From positions 310,001 to 374,000 of the IMG/VR virus record IMGVR_UViG_3300042868_005134: a stretch of 64,000 bases of DNA; one strand, 5' to 3'. Shown piece after piece: positions 41,447 to 48,934 of this stretch. A model generated the notes under the pieces. It saw only the letters and a list, made by a program, of their open reading frames with translations. It did no database searches and was not told where the DNA came from. The translations under genes and the position numbers were made by a program. The stretch's first letter is position 1. Each line of letters starts with the position of its first letter.

Positions 41447-41653
41447 CTAAGTTTCTATGTCGATGTGTCGACCTTTGTCTAAATCTAGACGAAGATTCCT
41501 TGCCACTCGTTCTGCTATTATTTGATCAAGTCTGCGCTGTTCAATCTGCTTGCTGTAATCTTGTTCTCGTTGTTTTTCCAATCGAGACTGATCCAGACGA
41601 TACTGTTCTTGATTATATTTTATAACACTTTGTTCTGCTCTTGATATTTCCAT
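41447..41653 (-). CDS. Hypothetical coiled-coil protein
   Basis: 68 aa; KGRHIDI end. Confidence 0.55.
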   Translation of the reverse strand: MEISRAEQSVIKYNQEQYRLDQSRLEKQREQDYSKQIEQRRLDQIIAERVARNLRLDLDKGRHIDIET

Positions 41654-41880
41654 TACACTCGTTCCTTTTTAACACGGCCGATGCGACTCGCCTTGTTCCA
41701 ATCATAAACAACACCATCTGGGCATAGTCCGTTTTTAACGCTGTCAACACCAAACATGCCCACAATTTCAAAATCTGGACCTGTGATAGAGACAAACTCA
41801 TTCATTGCCTTGGCAGTGCTCATTGCTTCATCCAATGTTGTTACATCGAATGTTACTACCGATCCTTTTACCTTATACAT
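41653..41880 (-). CDS. Hypothetical protein
   Basis: MYKVK...; coupled to its neighbours. Confidence 0.55.
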   Translation of the reverse strand: MYKVKGSVVTFDVTTLDEAMSTAKAMNEFVSITGPDFEIVGMFGVDSVKNGLCPDGVVYDWNKASRIGRVKKERV

Positions 41881-42283
41881 TTTTTGTTCTATCTTCAAAA
41901 TTTTCATCATTACATAACGGATCAAATATCAACATCATTGCGCCTTCCAAATATGTGCGATCAACTGCTTTTGAGCATTCAAAATATTCGATAGTCCATG
42001 ATACAGGATCCCACCATTGTTCTTCTCGGGTCGCTTTCCAACCCTTACCGTGGCTAGTGCCTTCTTTCAGAATGGCATACGCCTTATTGTGGTGATGTTC
42101 AAAACGAGCACGGATGCCTGAACCACCACCGCCTTGTCCTACATAAATGCAAGTATCACCTTGCCAAATGCTGTACAGTCCATTACTTTTTGGTAACGAT
42201 TTAAACTCGTTAAAAGAATGGGTTTGGATAGCTGGGCTAATGCCGCAACGCTGAAAGTCGGGTTGTAGTTTTGCTAATTTCAT
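41873..42283 (-). CDS. GIY-YIG-like nuclease
   Basis: GLYSIW...IYVGQ...IRARF...LE...PLCN; ATG immediately after the -10 box (leaderless). Confidence 0.7.
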   Translation of the reverse strand: MKLAKLQPDFQRCGISPAIQTHSFNEFKSLPKSNGLYSIWQGDTCIYVGQGGGGSGIRARFEHHHNKAYAILKEGTSHGKGWKATREEQWWDPVSWTIEYFECSKAVDRTYLEGAMMLIFDPLCNDENFEDRTKNV

Positions 42284-42289
42284 ATCATT

Positions 42290-42318
42290 ATTATAACAGC
42301 ATCTGACTATCTTGTCAA
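42290..42318 (-). promoter_or_regulatory. Consensus sigma70 promoter
   Basis: TTGACA-17 nt-TATAAT. Confidence 0.85.
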
Positions 42319-42328
42319 TAGCCAAATG

Positions 42329-42346
42329 TGTTGTATATTTACAACA
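42329..42346. promoter_or_regulatory. Palindromic operator-like site TGTTGTA-N4-TACAACA
   Basis: Perfect inverted repeat just upstream of a -35 box; recurs at 55295 and 55475. Confidence 0.55.
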
Positions 42347-42457
42347 TTTATGACCCATTTAAATGCCCTACAAGCGTCGATAACGGTTCTAAGCAGGTCA
42401 ACATTGCCCTAGCTGTTTTAAACTCAGTGTAGGGCTGTATTTTGGGTAACAACAGCC

Positions 42458-42484
42458 AAAAAAATAGCACCCGAAGGTGCTATT
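42458..42484 (-). terminator. Intrinsic terminator
   Basis: AATAGCACC-TTCG-GGTGCTATT plus T-run. Confidence 0.85.
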
Positions 42485-42501
42485 CAAAACTAAGTTTTTG
42501 C

Positions 42502-43602
42502 TTAAAAAGCATCGTAGTAGTGGAAGTTCTTTTCTTTCACTTTGGTAAGTGTAAGAGCATGACCATCCTTGTTCATGAAGATAAACATGCCACTTTGTGG
42601 ATCAATCTTTTGGATTTCAGCTGGCGTAAAACTAGCTTCTTCCCAGTTCCAATCTGCATCTTCCTTGTCGTCGTCTTTGTCAGTCCAGGGTAGGCCTGCG
42701 TTAGACACTTTGAACGACAAGTGGATCTTGCTTTGGAGTGGATTACCTTTCCATTCGCGAGACTCCAGATGCTTTTGTTCAACAGGAATACCTTTGAAGC
42801 TCAGTTGAGTTGAATACTTGTTGCCGTCATCAAATTCTGGTTTGGCATTCAACATCTTCAATGCTTCTTCAGGAGATTCATTGTAGCGATTCATTTCTTC
42901 AACTAATGCTTTCAGCATGTCAAAGTTGAACTGGTTAAACAACATGGCAATTGAGCAAATCTTAGCAATGTGTTCCTTGGCATTCAAGTTGTCCTCACAG
43001 TACTCGATGATAAAGTCCTGTGTCAAGCCTGTGTAGTCCAGCATGTAGTAGATACGACCTGGACGATTACGCATGTGGCTATCCACACGCCACTTGTCGT
43101 TACAGGTAATCACAAACATTTTCTTGCTGGGGAATACACCGTCCAACAAAGTCAGCATGGCTTCTTGCTCTTGTGCGTCGTAGACTTTTTCAAACTCGTC
43201 AAACAACACAACACATGGTTGCTCGATAGCCTGAATCAAGGCATTGAACTTATCACCGGTCCACGCATTGTTAATAACAATGGTAGGATGGCCTTGATTG
43301 GCTGCATGAATTGACAAGGCTTTTGCCAGCAAACTTTTGCCGCTACCTTTCTCACCAGTAAGCATTACGCCAGTGCTGGCACTACGATCCATGAATGTAT
43401 TAAAAATACGATTTGTATTTTTGTCTAAGTCGCCGTACCGCTTGCCTTTGATCTCAAACGAATCAATTTGTTCAAGATACAACTCACCACTCATTGGATT
43501 TTCTTTAATGGTAAAATTAGCCGCTGGTAGTGCCTCGTGTAGGTCCATGGCTTCTTTTGATGTTACACGAAACGAGATTCCTGATTTTAAAAAATATGAC
43601 AT
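42502..43602 (-). CDS. AAA+ ATPase
   Basis: Walker A GEKGSGKS, Walker B VLFDEFEK, NRPGRI. Confidence 0.9.
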   Translation of the reverse strand: MSYFLKSGISFRVTSKEAMDLHEALPAANFTIKENPMSGELYLEQIDSFEIKGKRYGDLDKNTNRIFNTFMDRSASTGVMLTGEKGSGKSLLAKALSIHAANQGHPTIVINNAWTGDKFNALIQAIEQPCVVLFDEFEKVYDAQEQEAMLTLLDGVFPSKKMFVITCNDKWRVDSHMRNRPGRIYYMLDYTGLTQDFIIEYCEDNLNAKEHIAKICSIAMLFNQFNFDMLKALVEEMNRYNESPEEALKMLNAKPEFDDGNKYSTQLSFKGIPVEQKHLESREWKGNPLQSKIHLSFKVSNAGLPWTDKDDDKEDADWNWEEASFTPAEIQKIDPQSGMFIFMNKDGHALTLTKVKEKNFHYYDAF

Positions 43603-43693
43603 GTTAGTCTTTTGATGTAGTGTAGTACAATTACTATAGGTTAATTATAACATCTAAAATGTTTCTAGTTGCCTACTTTGACAGAATTAATAT

Positions 43694-43721
43694 AAAAAAA
43701 ATAGCACCCGAAGGTGCTATT
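43694..43721 (-). terminator. Intrinsic terminator, identical hairpin to 42463-42484
   Basis: AATAGCACC-TTCG-GGTGCTATT plus T-run. Confidence 0.85.
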
Positions 43722-43735
43722 TAAAAACAATGTTT

Positions 43736-45151
43736 TTACAGCTTGTAACGATCACTCATTACAGTCTTAAGCATGATGCCTTCTGGAGTGAACTGATCCA
43801 AGTCAGCGGCTAGCAAGCTAGTCATTATACTTGGGCTGAATCCACTTACCAATGCGGCACCACTCTTGTCAGCCTTAACAGGCACGTTGTCTGAACTGTT
43901 TAGGTTCCAGAAAACAACTTGTGGCATGCTGTAGCCTGCGGCTTCGAACTTGCGTTCGATCATTTCCATTGCGCTGTCGTCGTGCTTGGCGCATTGGTCA
44001 AACTGCATGTCACTCAAGATCAGCAACATGGCTGGCATGTCGCTGGCTGGTACTGAACCCTTAACCGCTACGTCTAGAATCTTGTTCATAGCCGCGTTTA
44101 GGTTAGTGCTCATGTCCCAATCACTCTTGCTCATTTGAGCAACCTTGTCAACAATGTTACCCTTTAGAGTAACAAGTTCTGGCTTGCTAGAGAAAGTCAA
44201 GAAAGTGTCCTTGAACACACCCTTGTTCTTGTCTGCTAGGTACAGGCCCAAGCTGATTGAAACATCCATACAAGTCACATTAGTGTTCTTTCCTGCTGGG
44301 CAAGACATAGAACCGCTAACGTCTACGATTGGCATGATGCTGGCATCTCCCACATAGTTTGGCAAAGCATCCCACTGTGCCACGATGTGGTCAGTGGCTG
44401 TCTTGTCCAAAATTGCACGGTTGTAGCTTCCGATAACACCCTTCAACACGTCATGTGGGAAGATTGCGCTGGCGTTAACCTTGACAGTCTTGTCACCACT
44501 TACCAACTTGGCCACATACTCAGCGAATGCTGGTGTGTGACGGCTGAATGCCTTCTTGTAGTTGCGTGAAGCAACACTTGGCACGTGACTGAAGTTGATG
44601 TTGTCCCAGTCGTTGGCACACATTTGTGTTTCCACAACTGTGGTCATTCCCACTAAACTCTTACGATACTGCTTTGGAGTCATTCCAAAGAATGCTCGTA
44701 CTTCAGCCGCAATCTTGCCCTTACGAGGAGTCCACTTTGCGGCCAGACCGTTACGGGCACGTAGGGCATCGCCCAACATGGTATAAGCGGCTGACTTCAA
44801 GTCAGGGTTAGTGAAGACAAAGATGTCATCCCAACGGCCAACTTCAGGGATCTTGCGTAGCAAAGCCAAAGCGGCGTCTGGGTCACGCTTTTCTAGATGT
44901 ACTAGAATGTCGCGGAACAATTGACGTTCACCTGCACCACCACGGACATCACGTGCCCATTGTGCGATGCGTAGTGCTACGTCACTGTTTTCTACATAAG
45001 CGGCAGTGAAGTCGCCTACAATGTTCTTACCACGGCTTGCGCCGATCTTGTAGAACAGGTCCACAGTGGCCTTGGCTGTGCTCTTACGTGCCTTCATGCC
45101 ATTGGCAGTACGGGCTTCTTGGTTTGCTATTGCTGTTACAAATGCGTTCAT
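43736..45151 (-). CDS. TROVE/Ro60-like RNA-binding protein with vWA domain (DUF2828-type)
   Basis: ARDVRGGAGER, GRWDD, AAKWTPR helical region; MIDAS DVSGSMS; STN; ILSDMQFD; VFWNL; LVSGFS. Confidence 0.8.
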   Translation of the reverse strand: MNAFVTAIANQEARTANGMKARKSTAKATVDLFYKIGASRGKNIVGDFTAAYVENSDVALRIAQWARDVRGGAGERQLFRDILVHLEKRDPDAALALLRKIPEVGRWDDIFVFTNPDLKSAAYTMLGDALRARNGLAAKWTPRKGKIAAEVRAFFGMTPKQYRKSLVGMTTVVETQMCANDWDNINFSHVPSVASRNYKKAFSRHTPAFAEYVAKLVSGDKTVKVNASAIFPHDVLKGVIGSYNRAILDKTATDHIVAQWDALPNYVGDASIMPIVDVSGSMSCPAGKNTNVTCMDVSISLGLYLADKNKGVFKDTFLTFSSKPELVTLKGNIVDKVAQMSKSDWDMSTNLNAAMNKILDVAVKGSVPASDMPAMLLILSDMQFDQCAKHDDSAMEMIERKFEAAGYSMPQVVFWNLNSSDNVPVKADKSGAALVSGFSPSIMTSLLAADLDQFTPEGIMLKTVMSDRYKL

Positions 45152-45162
45152 TTTATTACCTC

Positions 45163-45220
45163 ACAGAATGTGTTTTTTTTCGATATGCGTGAAAATTTAA
45201 AGTTGCTGTTAACATTCTAA
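45163..45220 (-). ncRNA. Family-1 element, copy 0 (in the 5' UTR of the TROVE-like gene)
   Basis: AGAATGT-TAACAGCAA...ACATTCT-GT, abutting the GAGGT RBS. Confidence 0.7.
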
Positions 45221-45226
45221 AACTTT

Positions 45227-45472
45227 AACAGGATGATCGTGCCAATTTGTTTAGTATTCTGGTCTGACCAATTACGGCACTCAGACCCTATCAACATTCA
45301 TGTTGACTATTCACACTCGGCTTTCTGTAGTGAACACATAGTATGTCTTTCCATACTGTCGTCTATTCCATCTGCGTACATGGTATTTCACATGTATAAA
45401 CTTTTCAGTCCACCCTTACGGGGCACATTCTATAGCATTAAGCGTTAGTTTAAATTGCTGTAGTCATCCAAA
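45227..45472 (-). ncRNA. Family-1 Y-like RNA, copy 1 (about 240 nt, multi-hairpin)
   Basis: GGATGA-CTACAGCAA...TCATCC-TGTT enclosing at least 5 hairpins. Confidence 0.7.
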
Positions 45473-45475
45473 TAT

Positions 45476-45650
45476 AACAGGATCGTTTTCTACTTTTTGT
45501 TTTTATCGAGGAGACTTATCGAAACTCCTCTATCTTCACTGTCCTTGCTTGCGCATTGTCTTTAACCTTCAAAGCCCCGAAAGGCTCCAGCTAATAACAG
45601 GGTAAGTGAAGCAATCCATAGTAATATGTAGTTGCTGTACCGATCCTAAA
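45476..45650 (-). ncRNA. Family-1 Y-like RNA, copy 2 (about 170 nt)
   Basis: AGGATCG-GTACAGCAA...CGATCCT-GTT; internal CTTCACT/AGTGAAG and GAGGAG/CTCCTC stems. Confidence 0.7.
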
Positions 45651-45684
45651 ACTGTCCACAAGCATTATTGCTTGCTATGTGACT

Positions 45685-45713
45685 ATTATAACAGTATTGC
45701 GCTGTCTTGTCAC
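45685..45713 (-). promoter_or_regulatory. sigma70-type promoter for family-1 copies 2, 1, 0 and the TROVE-like gene
   Basis: GTGACA-17 nt-TATAAT. Confidence 0.65.
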
Positions 45714-45744
45714 TACATTTTGGCTAAACTGCTAAAATATAAAT

Positions 45745-45821
45745 TGGTCGGAGTACAAGGATTCGAACCTTGGACCCCCTGGTCCCAAACCAGGTGCGCT
45801 ACCAGACTGCGCTACACTCCG
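45745..45821 (-). tRNA. tRNA-Pro(TGG)
   Basis: Cloverleaf; loop TT-TGG-GA; CCA. Confidence 0.95.
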
Positions 45822-45823
45822 AA

Positions 45824-45976
45824 TTAACTTGCTACAATATGCGGTATATATGGAACTGCTCTTGGACCACCATACAGTTGCTCGAAAAGTTTTTTAGCCT
45901 CTTGCGGTGTATCCGCATAGATACGTTTCTTTTCTTCACCTTGAGGTGTTCTTACAGTTGCTTCATACATTGGCAT
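45824..45976 (-). CDS. Hypothetical protein (50 aa)
   Basis: AAGGA RBS; MPMYEATVRTPQG... Confidence 0.55.
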   Translation of the reverse strand: MPMYEATVRTPQGEEKKRIYADTPQEAKKLFEQLYGGPRAVPYIPHIVAS

Positions 45977-45990
45977 ATTGTATCCTTAAA

Positions 45991-46066
45991 TGGTACCTGG
46001 TGTCAGACTCGAACTGACATCGTTCTCCGTGTAAAGGAGATGCATAACCTCTCTGCGCAACCAGGC
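45991..46066 (-). tRNA. tRNA-Val(TAC)
   Basis: TCTCC-TTTACAC-GGAGA; CCA. Confidence 0.9.
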
Positions 46067-46075
46067 ATTAAATTT

Positions 46076-46149
46076 TGGAGCGGGATGGGAGAATCGAACT
46101 CCCGACATTAGATTGGAAATCTAAGGTAATGCCATTTTACGAATCCCGC
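46076..46149 (-). tRNA. tRNA-Gly(TCC)
   Basis: TTAGA-TTTCCAA-TCTAA; CCA. Confidence 0.92.
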
Positions 46150-46488
46150 ACACTTTATAGGTGCTCTCTGTGGCGCTTGAATCCACGGCAGCCCTTCTCT
46201 TCATGGCCGGTCCTTGCTTTGGTCGACGTTGGCAAGTTTCTCGGTGTTCCATTGTAGCTACTCAGAAAGCACGTATAAAGTGTCCGGCTACTCACACCAC
46301 ATGAGCCCCGGACTGAGCAGTTACTCTGTCCATAACATTTTCTTCTTCTGGAAAGGCTGTTAATCCTCACCCTAGGCAGTTTCCAGTATCCCTTAAATGG
46401 GGACTGTGAGGTCAGGTCCTAGTGTACCCTCTGGTCTATCGTTACAGAGACGCTATTTCGTTACGTAGAAATAGTAAGACGGGTTTTT

Positions 46489-46610
46489 AACAGGATAGGC
46501 TTTGCCTTATTTTTTATTTAAAACTTGACAAAGCGAACAAGTTCGTCCGGGTCGCCCCAGACCTTTGATACGGTTATTCACCGTTAGTGGTTTGCTGTCT
46601 CTATCCTAAA
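46489..46610 (-). ncRNA. Family-1 Y-like RNA, copy 3
   Basis: AGGATAG-AGACAGCAAA...CTATCCT-GTT with internal hairpins. Confidence 0.7.
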
Positions 46611-46612
46611 AC

Positions 46613-46687
46613 TGGTGCCCAATGTCTGATTCGAACAGACGACCTACCGCTTACAAGGCGGTTGCTCTACCCCTGAGCCAATCGGGC
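46613..46687 (-). tRNA. tRNA-Thr(TGT)
   Basis: ACCGC-CTTGTAA-GCGGT; CCA. Confidence 0.95.
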
Positions 46688-46693
46688 TATATG

Positions 46694-46876
46694 TTACTTA
46701 TTTGTTGCTGTCTGTATATTATAATTGATTTGACTTTGTTTGTCAAGTCTTTCAAATTCTTCATCTTCAAGTTTGGCTTCTTCTAGACGCCTAGGATCAG
46801 GCTTTCGAAAAATAGTATCATAATTCGAACCAAATGCTTTCAAATCTGTTGGACGTTGTTTACTGCCCTTACTCAT
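46694..46876 (-). CDS. Hypothetical protein
   Basis: AGGAG RBS; MSKGSKQRP...NYDTIF. Confidence 0.55.
   Translation of the reverse strand: MSKGSKQRPTDLKAFGSNYDTIFRKPDPRRLEEAKLEDEEFERLDKQSQINYNIQTATNK
46718..46746 (-). promoter_or_regulatory. Consensus sigma70 promoter
   Basis: TTGACA-17 nt-TATAAT. Confidence 0.8.
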
Positions 46877-46895
46877 AATAAACTCCTACTATTCT

Positions 46896-46971
46896 TGGTG
46901 GAGGTGACAAGGATCGAACTTGCTACATCCTGCTTGCAAAGCAGGCGCTCTCCCAAATGAGCTACACCCCC
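46896..46971 (-). tRNA. tRNA-Ala(TGC)
   Basis: G3:U70; CCTGC-TTTGCAA-GCAGG; CCA. Confidence 0.95.
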
Positions 46972-46977
46972 AAATAT

Positions 46978-47053
46978 TGGCTCCACAGCCTGGGCTCGAA
47001 CCAGGGACCAATTGATTAACAGTCAACTACTCTACCAACTGAGCTACTGCGGA
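46978..47053 (-). tRNA. tRNA-Asn(GTT)
   Basis: GTTGA-CTGTTAA-TCAAT; CCA. Confidence 0.95.
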
Positions 47054-47060
47054 ATAATTC

Positions 47061-47282
47061 TTAAACTTGAGTACTTGCTGTACCCGTATCATTTGTTTGG
47101 TAATTTGCGGCACCCTGTGGACGCTTGTTATCTCGCGGTTCACGTTTTGGAACAATGGCAGCGGCTAATTCTGCTTGGATCATTGCTCTCTTAAATTCGT
47201 TACGCTCATGTGCGTCAACGATAGTACACATGAATCTTTTTGACTGCTTACTGAGCTTGAATGTCTTGTTTGGTTTTAACAT
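47061..47282 (-). CDS. Hypothetical protein
   Basis: AAGGT RBS; MLKPNKTFKLSK... Confidence 0.6.
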   Translation of the reverse strand: MLKPNKTFKLSKQSKRFMCTIVDAHERNEFKRAMIQAELAAAIVPKREPRDNKRPQGAANYQTNDTGTASTQV

Positions 47283-47302
47283 AATTACCTTTTTAAAAAA
47301 CT

Positions 47303-47392
47303 TGGCGGAACGACTGAGACTCGAACTCAGAACCCGGATTACGCCGAGCGACAGATTAGCAATCTGCTCTAATACCATTATAGGACCGTTCC
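47303..47392 (-). tRNA. tRNA-Ser(GCT)
   Basis: GCAGA-TTGCTAA-TCTGT; long variable arm; CCA. Confidence 0.9.
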
Positions 47393-47402
47393 ATATATAC
47401 TA

Positions 47403-47512
47403 TGTAGCTGGGAGGCTTCGAACCTCCATGGAATCCTGGATTATATCCTGACCCGTCCCCTGACCTATGCTATGAGCATAGCGGGAGCTTTGCCTATTTG
47501 CTTACAGCTACA
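47403..47512 (-). ncRNA. tRNA-like RNA with extended CAT anticodon arm, no CCA
   Basis: GTAGCTG/CAGCTAC acceptor; GGAGG-TTCGAAG-CCTCC T-arm; CTATG-CTCATAG-CATAG stacked on an extra CCCG/CGGG helix. Confidence 0.65.
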
Positions 47513-47517
47513 CAGTA

Positions 47518-47546
47518 ATTATACAATCTAGCTGTGAGTATGTCAA
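47518..47546 (-). promoter_or_regulatory. Consensus sigma70 promoter
   Basis: TTGACA-17 nt-TATAAT; predicted start coincides with the 5' end of the tRNA-like RNA. Confidence 0.8.
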
Positions 47547-47552
47547 GTGTTT

Positions 47553-47627
47553 TGGCGGGTCTTGAGAGGATCGAACTCCCACCCTCGGTTTCGAAGACCG
47601 AGATGATATCCATTTCACCAAAGACCC
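47553..47627 (-). tRNA. tRNA-Arg(TCG)
   Basis: TCGGT-CTTCGAA-ACCGA; CCA. Confidence 0.88.
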
Positions 47628-47631
47628 TAAC

Positions 47632-47706
47632 TGGCCTCGCCACCCGGAATCGAACCAGGATCTACTCTTTAGGAGAGAGTGGTTCTATCCATTGAACTAT
47701 GGCGAG
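47632..47706 (-). tRNA. tRNA-Arg(CCT)
   Basis: ACTCT-CTCCTAA-AGAGT; CCA. Confidence 0.92.
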
Positions 47707-47714
47707 ATATAAAT

Positions 47715-47806
47715 TGGTACCAGCGGAGGGAATCGAACCCTCTCAAGAACGCTAATCTGGCGCTAAAAGGCTTATAAGACCTCTCTGACTTCCAAGTCTC
47801 GCTGGC
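47715..47806 (-). tRNA. Atypical tRNA, anticodon TAT (Ile by anticodon)
   Basis: Short D-arm GACT-TGGA-AGTC; loop CT-TAT-AA; long variable arm; CCA. Confidence 0.7.
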
Positions 47807-47817
47807 ATAAAAATGAA

Positions 47818-48036
47818 TTTGTTAAAGATGTTCCACCACATTATAGGAACCATTCACCCGAATTAACAAGCTCGAGCGGGATTCGGTAAGTTACTTGGAA
47901 TACTTGTCCAGCTTGCAACCGATCTGCCCGCGGACACTACGTGCCCGGGTGGGAGTCGAACCCATTACCTTCTACTATATCAGTCCTTCGAAGAAACCTA
48001 GATAGCGTGACTTTCTCTTGCTAACACTCTAACAAA
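47818..48036 (-). ncRNA. Structured RNA with internal T-arm and loop-closed stem
   Basis: Terminal TTTGTTAGAG-TGTT/AACA-TCTTTAACAAA pairing; TGGG-TTCGACT-CCCA followed by CGGGCAC-GTA-GTGTCCG. Confidence 0.5.
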
Positions 48037-48039
48037 ACT

Positions 48040-48113
48040 TGGAGCGGGATAGGAGAATCGAACTCCTGACTAAACCTTGGCAAGGTTTCGTTTGACCATT
48101 AAACTAATCCCGC
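48040..48113 (-). tRNA. tRNA-Gly(GCC)
   Basis: AAACC-TTGCCAA-GGTTT; CCA. Confidence 0.93.
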
Positions 48114-48120
48114 ATTATAT

Positions 48121-48197
48121 TGGTGCCCAGGGCGAGACTCGAACTCGCAAAATTTGGCTTCTAAGACCAACACGTATACCAATTCCATCACCTGGGC
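48121..48197 (-). tRNA. tRNA-Leu(TAG), short variable loop
   Basis: TTGGT-CTTAGAA-GCCAA; CCA. Confidence 0.88.
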
Positions 48198-48203
48198 TTA
48201 ATT

Positions 48204-48277
48204 TGGATGCGGGTGACAGATTCGAACTGCCGATGCACCTGGCTTATGAGACCGGTGTGGTAACCACCCTACCCGCG
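48204..48277 (-). tRNA. Atypical tRNA-Met(CAT), initiator-like C1:A72 mismatch
   Basis: CGCGGGT/ACCCGCA; loop CT-CAT-AA; reduced D-arm; CCA. Confidence 0.7.
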
Positions 48278-48287
48278 TAACTATTTA

Positions 48288-48518
48288 TTATCTGACTCTT
48301 CGCAGATAATCTGAATTGATTTTTCCACTCTGTATTTCTAACAGAGCTGTAACCGGAGCATTCAATTGCTCAGGACTTTCACTTAATCTGTGTTGCCTTG
48401 CCAATTCTCTTGCTCGAATTGCGGCAACAATAACAAGGTCGAATCTGTTGCCTATGTTGCTAACACAGATATCGGTATTGATATCTGTTCCCCGACTTGC
48501 TATATTATTACGTTTCAT
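48288..48518 (-). CDS. rpoZ: RNA polymerase omega subunit homologue
   Basis: IGNRFDLVIVAAIRAREL...PVTALLEIQSGKI. Confidence 0.85.
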   Translation of the reverse strand: MKRNNIASRGTDINTDICVSNIGNRFDLVIVAAIRARELARQHRLSESPEQLNAPVTALLEIQSGKINSDYLRRVR

Positions 48519-48538
48519 AAGTTTCCTATTAAAAAAAT

Positions 48539-48612
48539 TGGCGTACCCACTAGGACTCGAACCTAGACTGACGGTTTTGGAGACCGCGATGCTGCCATTA
48601 CACTATGGATAC
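48539..48612 (-). tRNA. tRNA-Trp(CCA)
   Basis: GCGGT-CTCCAAA-ACCGT; CCA. Confidence 0.92.
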
Positions 48613-48766
48613 ATATTGAATTTGTCTATCGTCACACAATGTCCAAGTCGTGCGCTGAACCCTACTGCTATTACGTTCGGGCTTGCTACGGGCTTCGAGT
48701 ACATACACAAGTGTCTTGGGCGACTCGCGTATCACATAAGGGTAACCGTACACACATAAACAAAAC

Positions 48767-48843
48767 TGGCGCCCCGCAGGGGACTTGAACCCCTGACCCT
48801 CGGCGTGACAGGCCGATACTCTAACCAACTGAGCTAGCGGAGC
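48767..48843 (-). tRNA. tRNA-Asp(GTC)
   Basis: TCGGC-CTGTCAC-GCCGA; CCA. Confidence 0.95.
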
Positions 48844-48850
48844 AGAAACT

Positions 48851-48928
48851 TGGAGCAACGAGAGGGATTTGAACCCCCGGTTTTACGGATTTGCAATCCG
48901 TTGCATTGGGCCACTCTGCCATCGTTGC
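48851..48928 (-). tRNA. tRNA-Cys(GCA)
   Basis: ACGGA-TTGCAAA-TCCGT; U73; CCA. Confidence 0.92.
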
Positions 48929-48934
48929 ATAAAT

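Noticed and set aside
41873-42283. Homing endonuclease within an intron or other mobile element
   Set aside because: It is a free-standing catalytic domain with its own promoter; no interrupted gene or intron core is visible.
45163-45220. CAT anticodon loop in family-1 copy 0
   Set aside because: TTTTC-ACGCATATC-GAAAA has a 9 nt loop without the U33 pattern; too degenerate to call.
45227-45472. CsrB/RsmZ-like GGA sponge
   Set aside because: Only about two ANGGA motifs, and most hairpin loops lack GGA.
47818-48036. tmRNA
   Set aside because: A T-arm is present, but there is no GGGG-start/G3:U70 acceptor with CCA and no recognisable tag reading frame.
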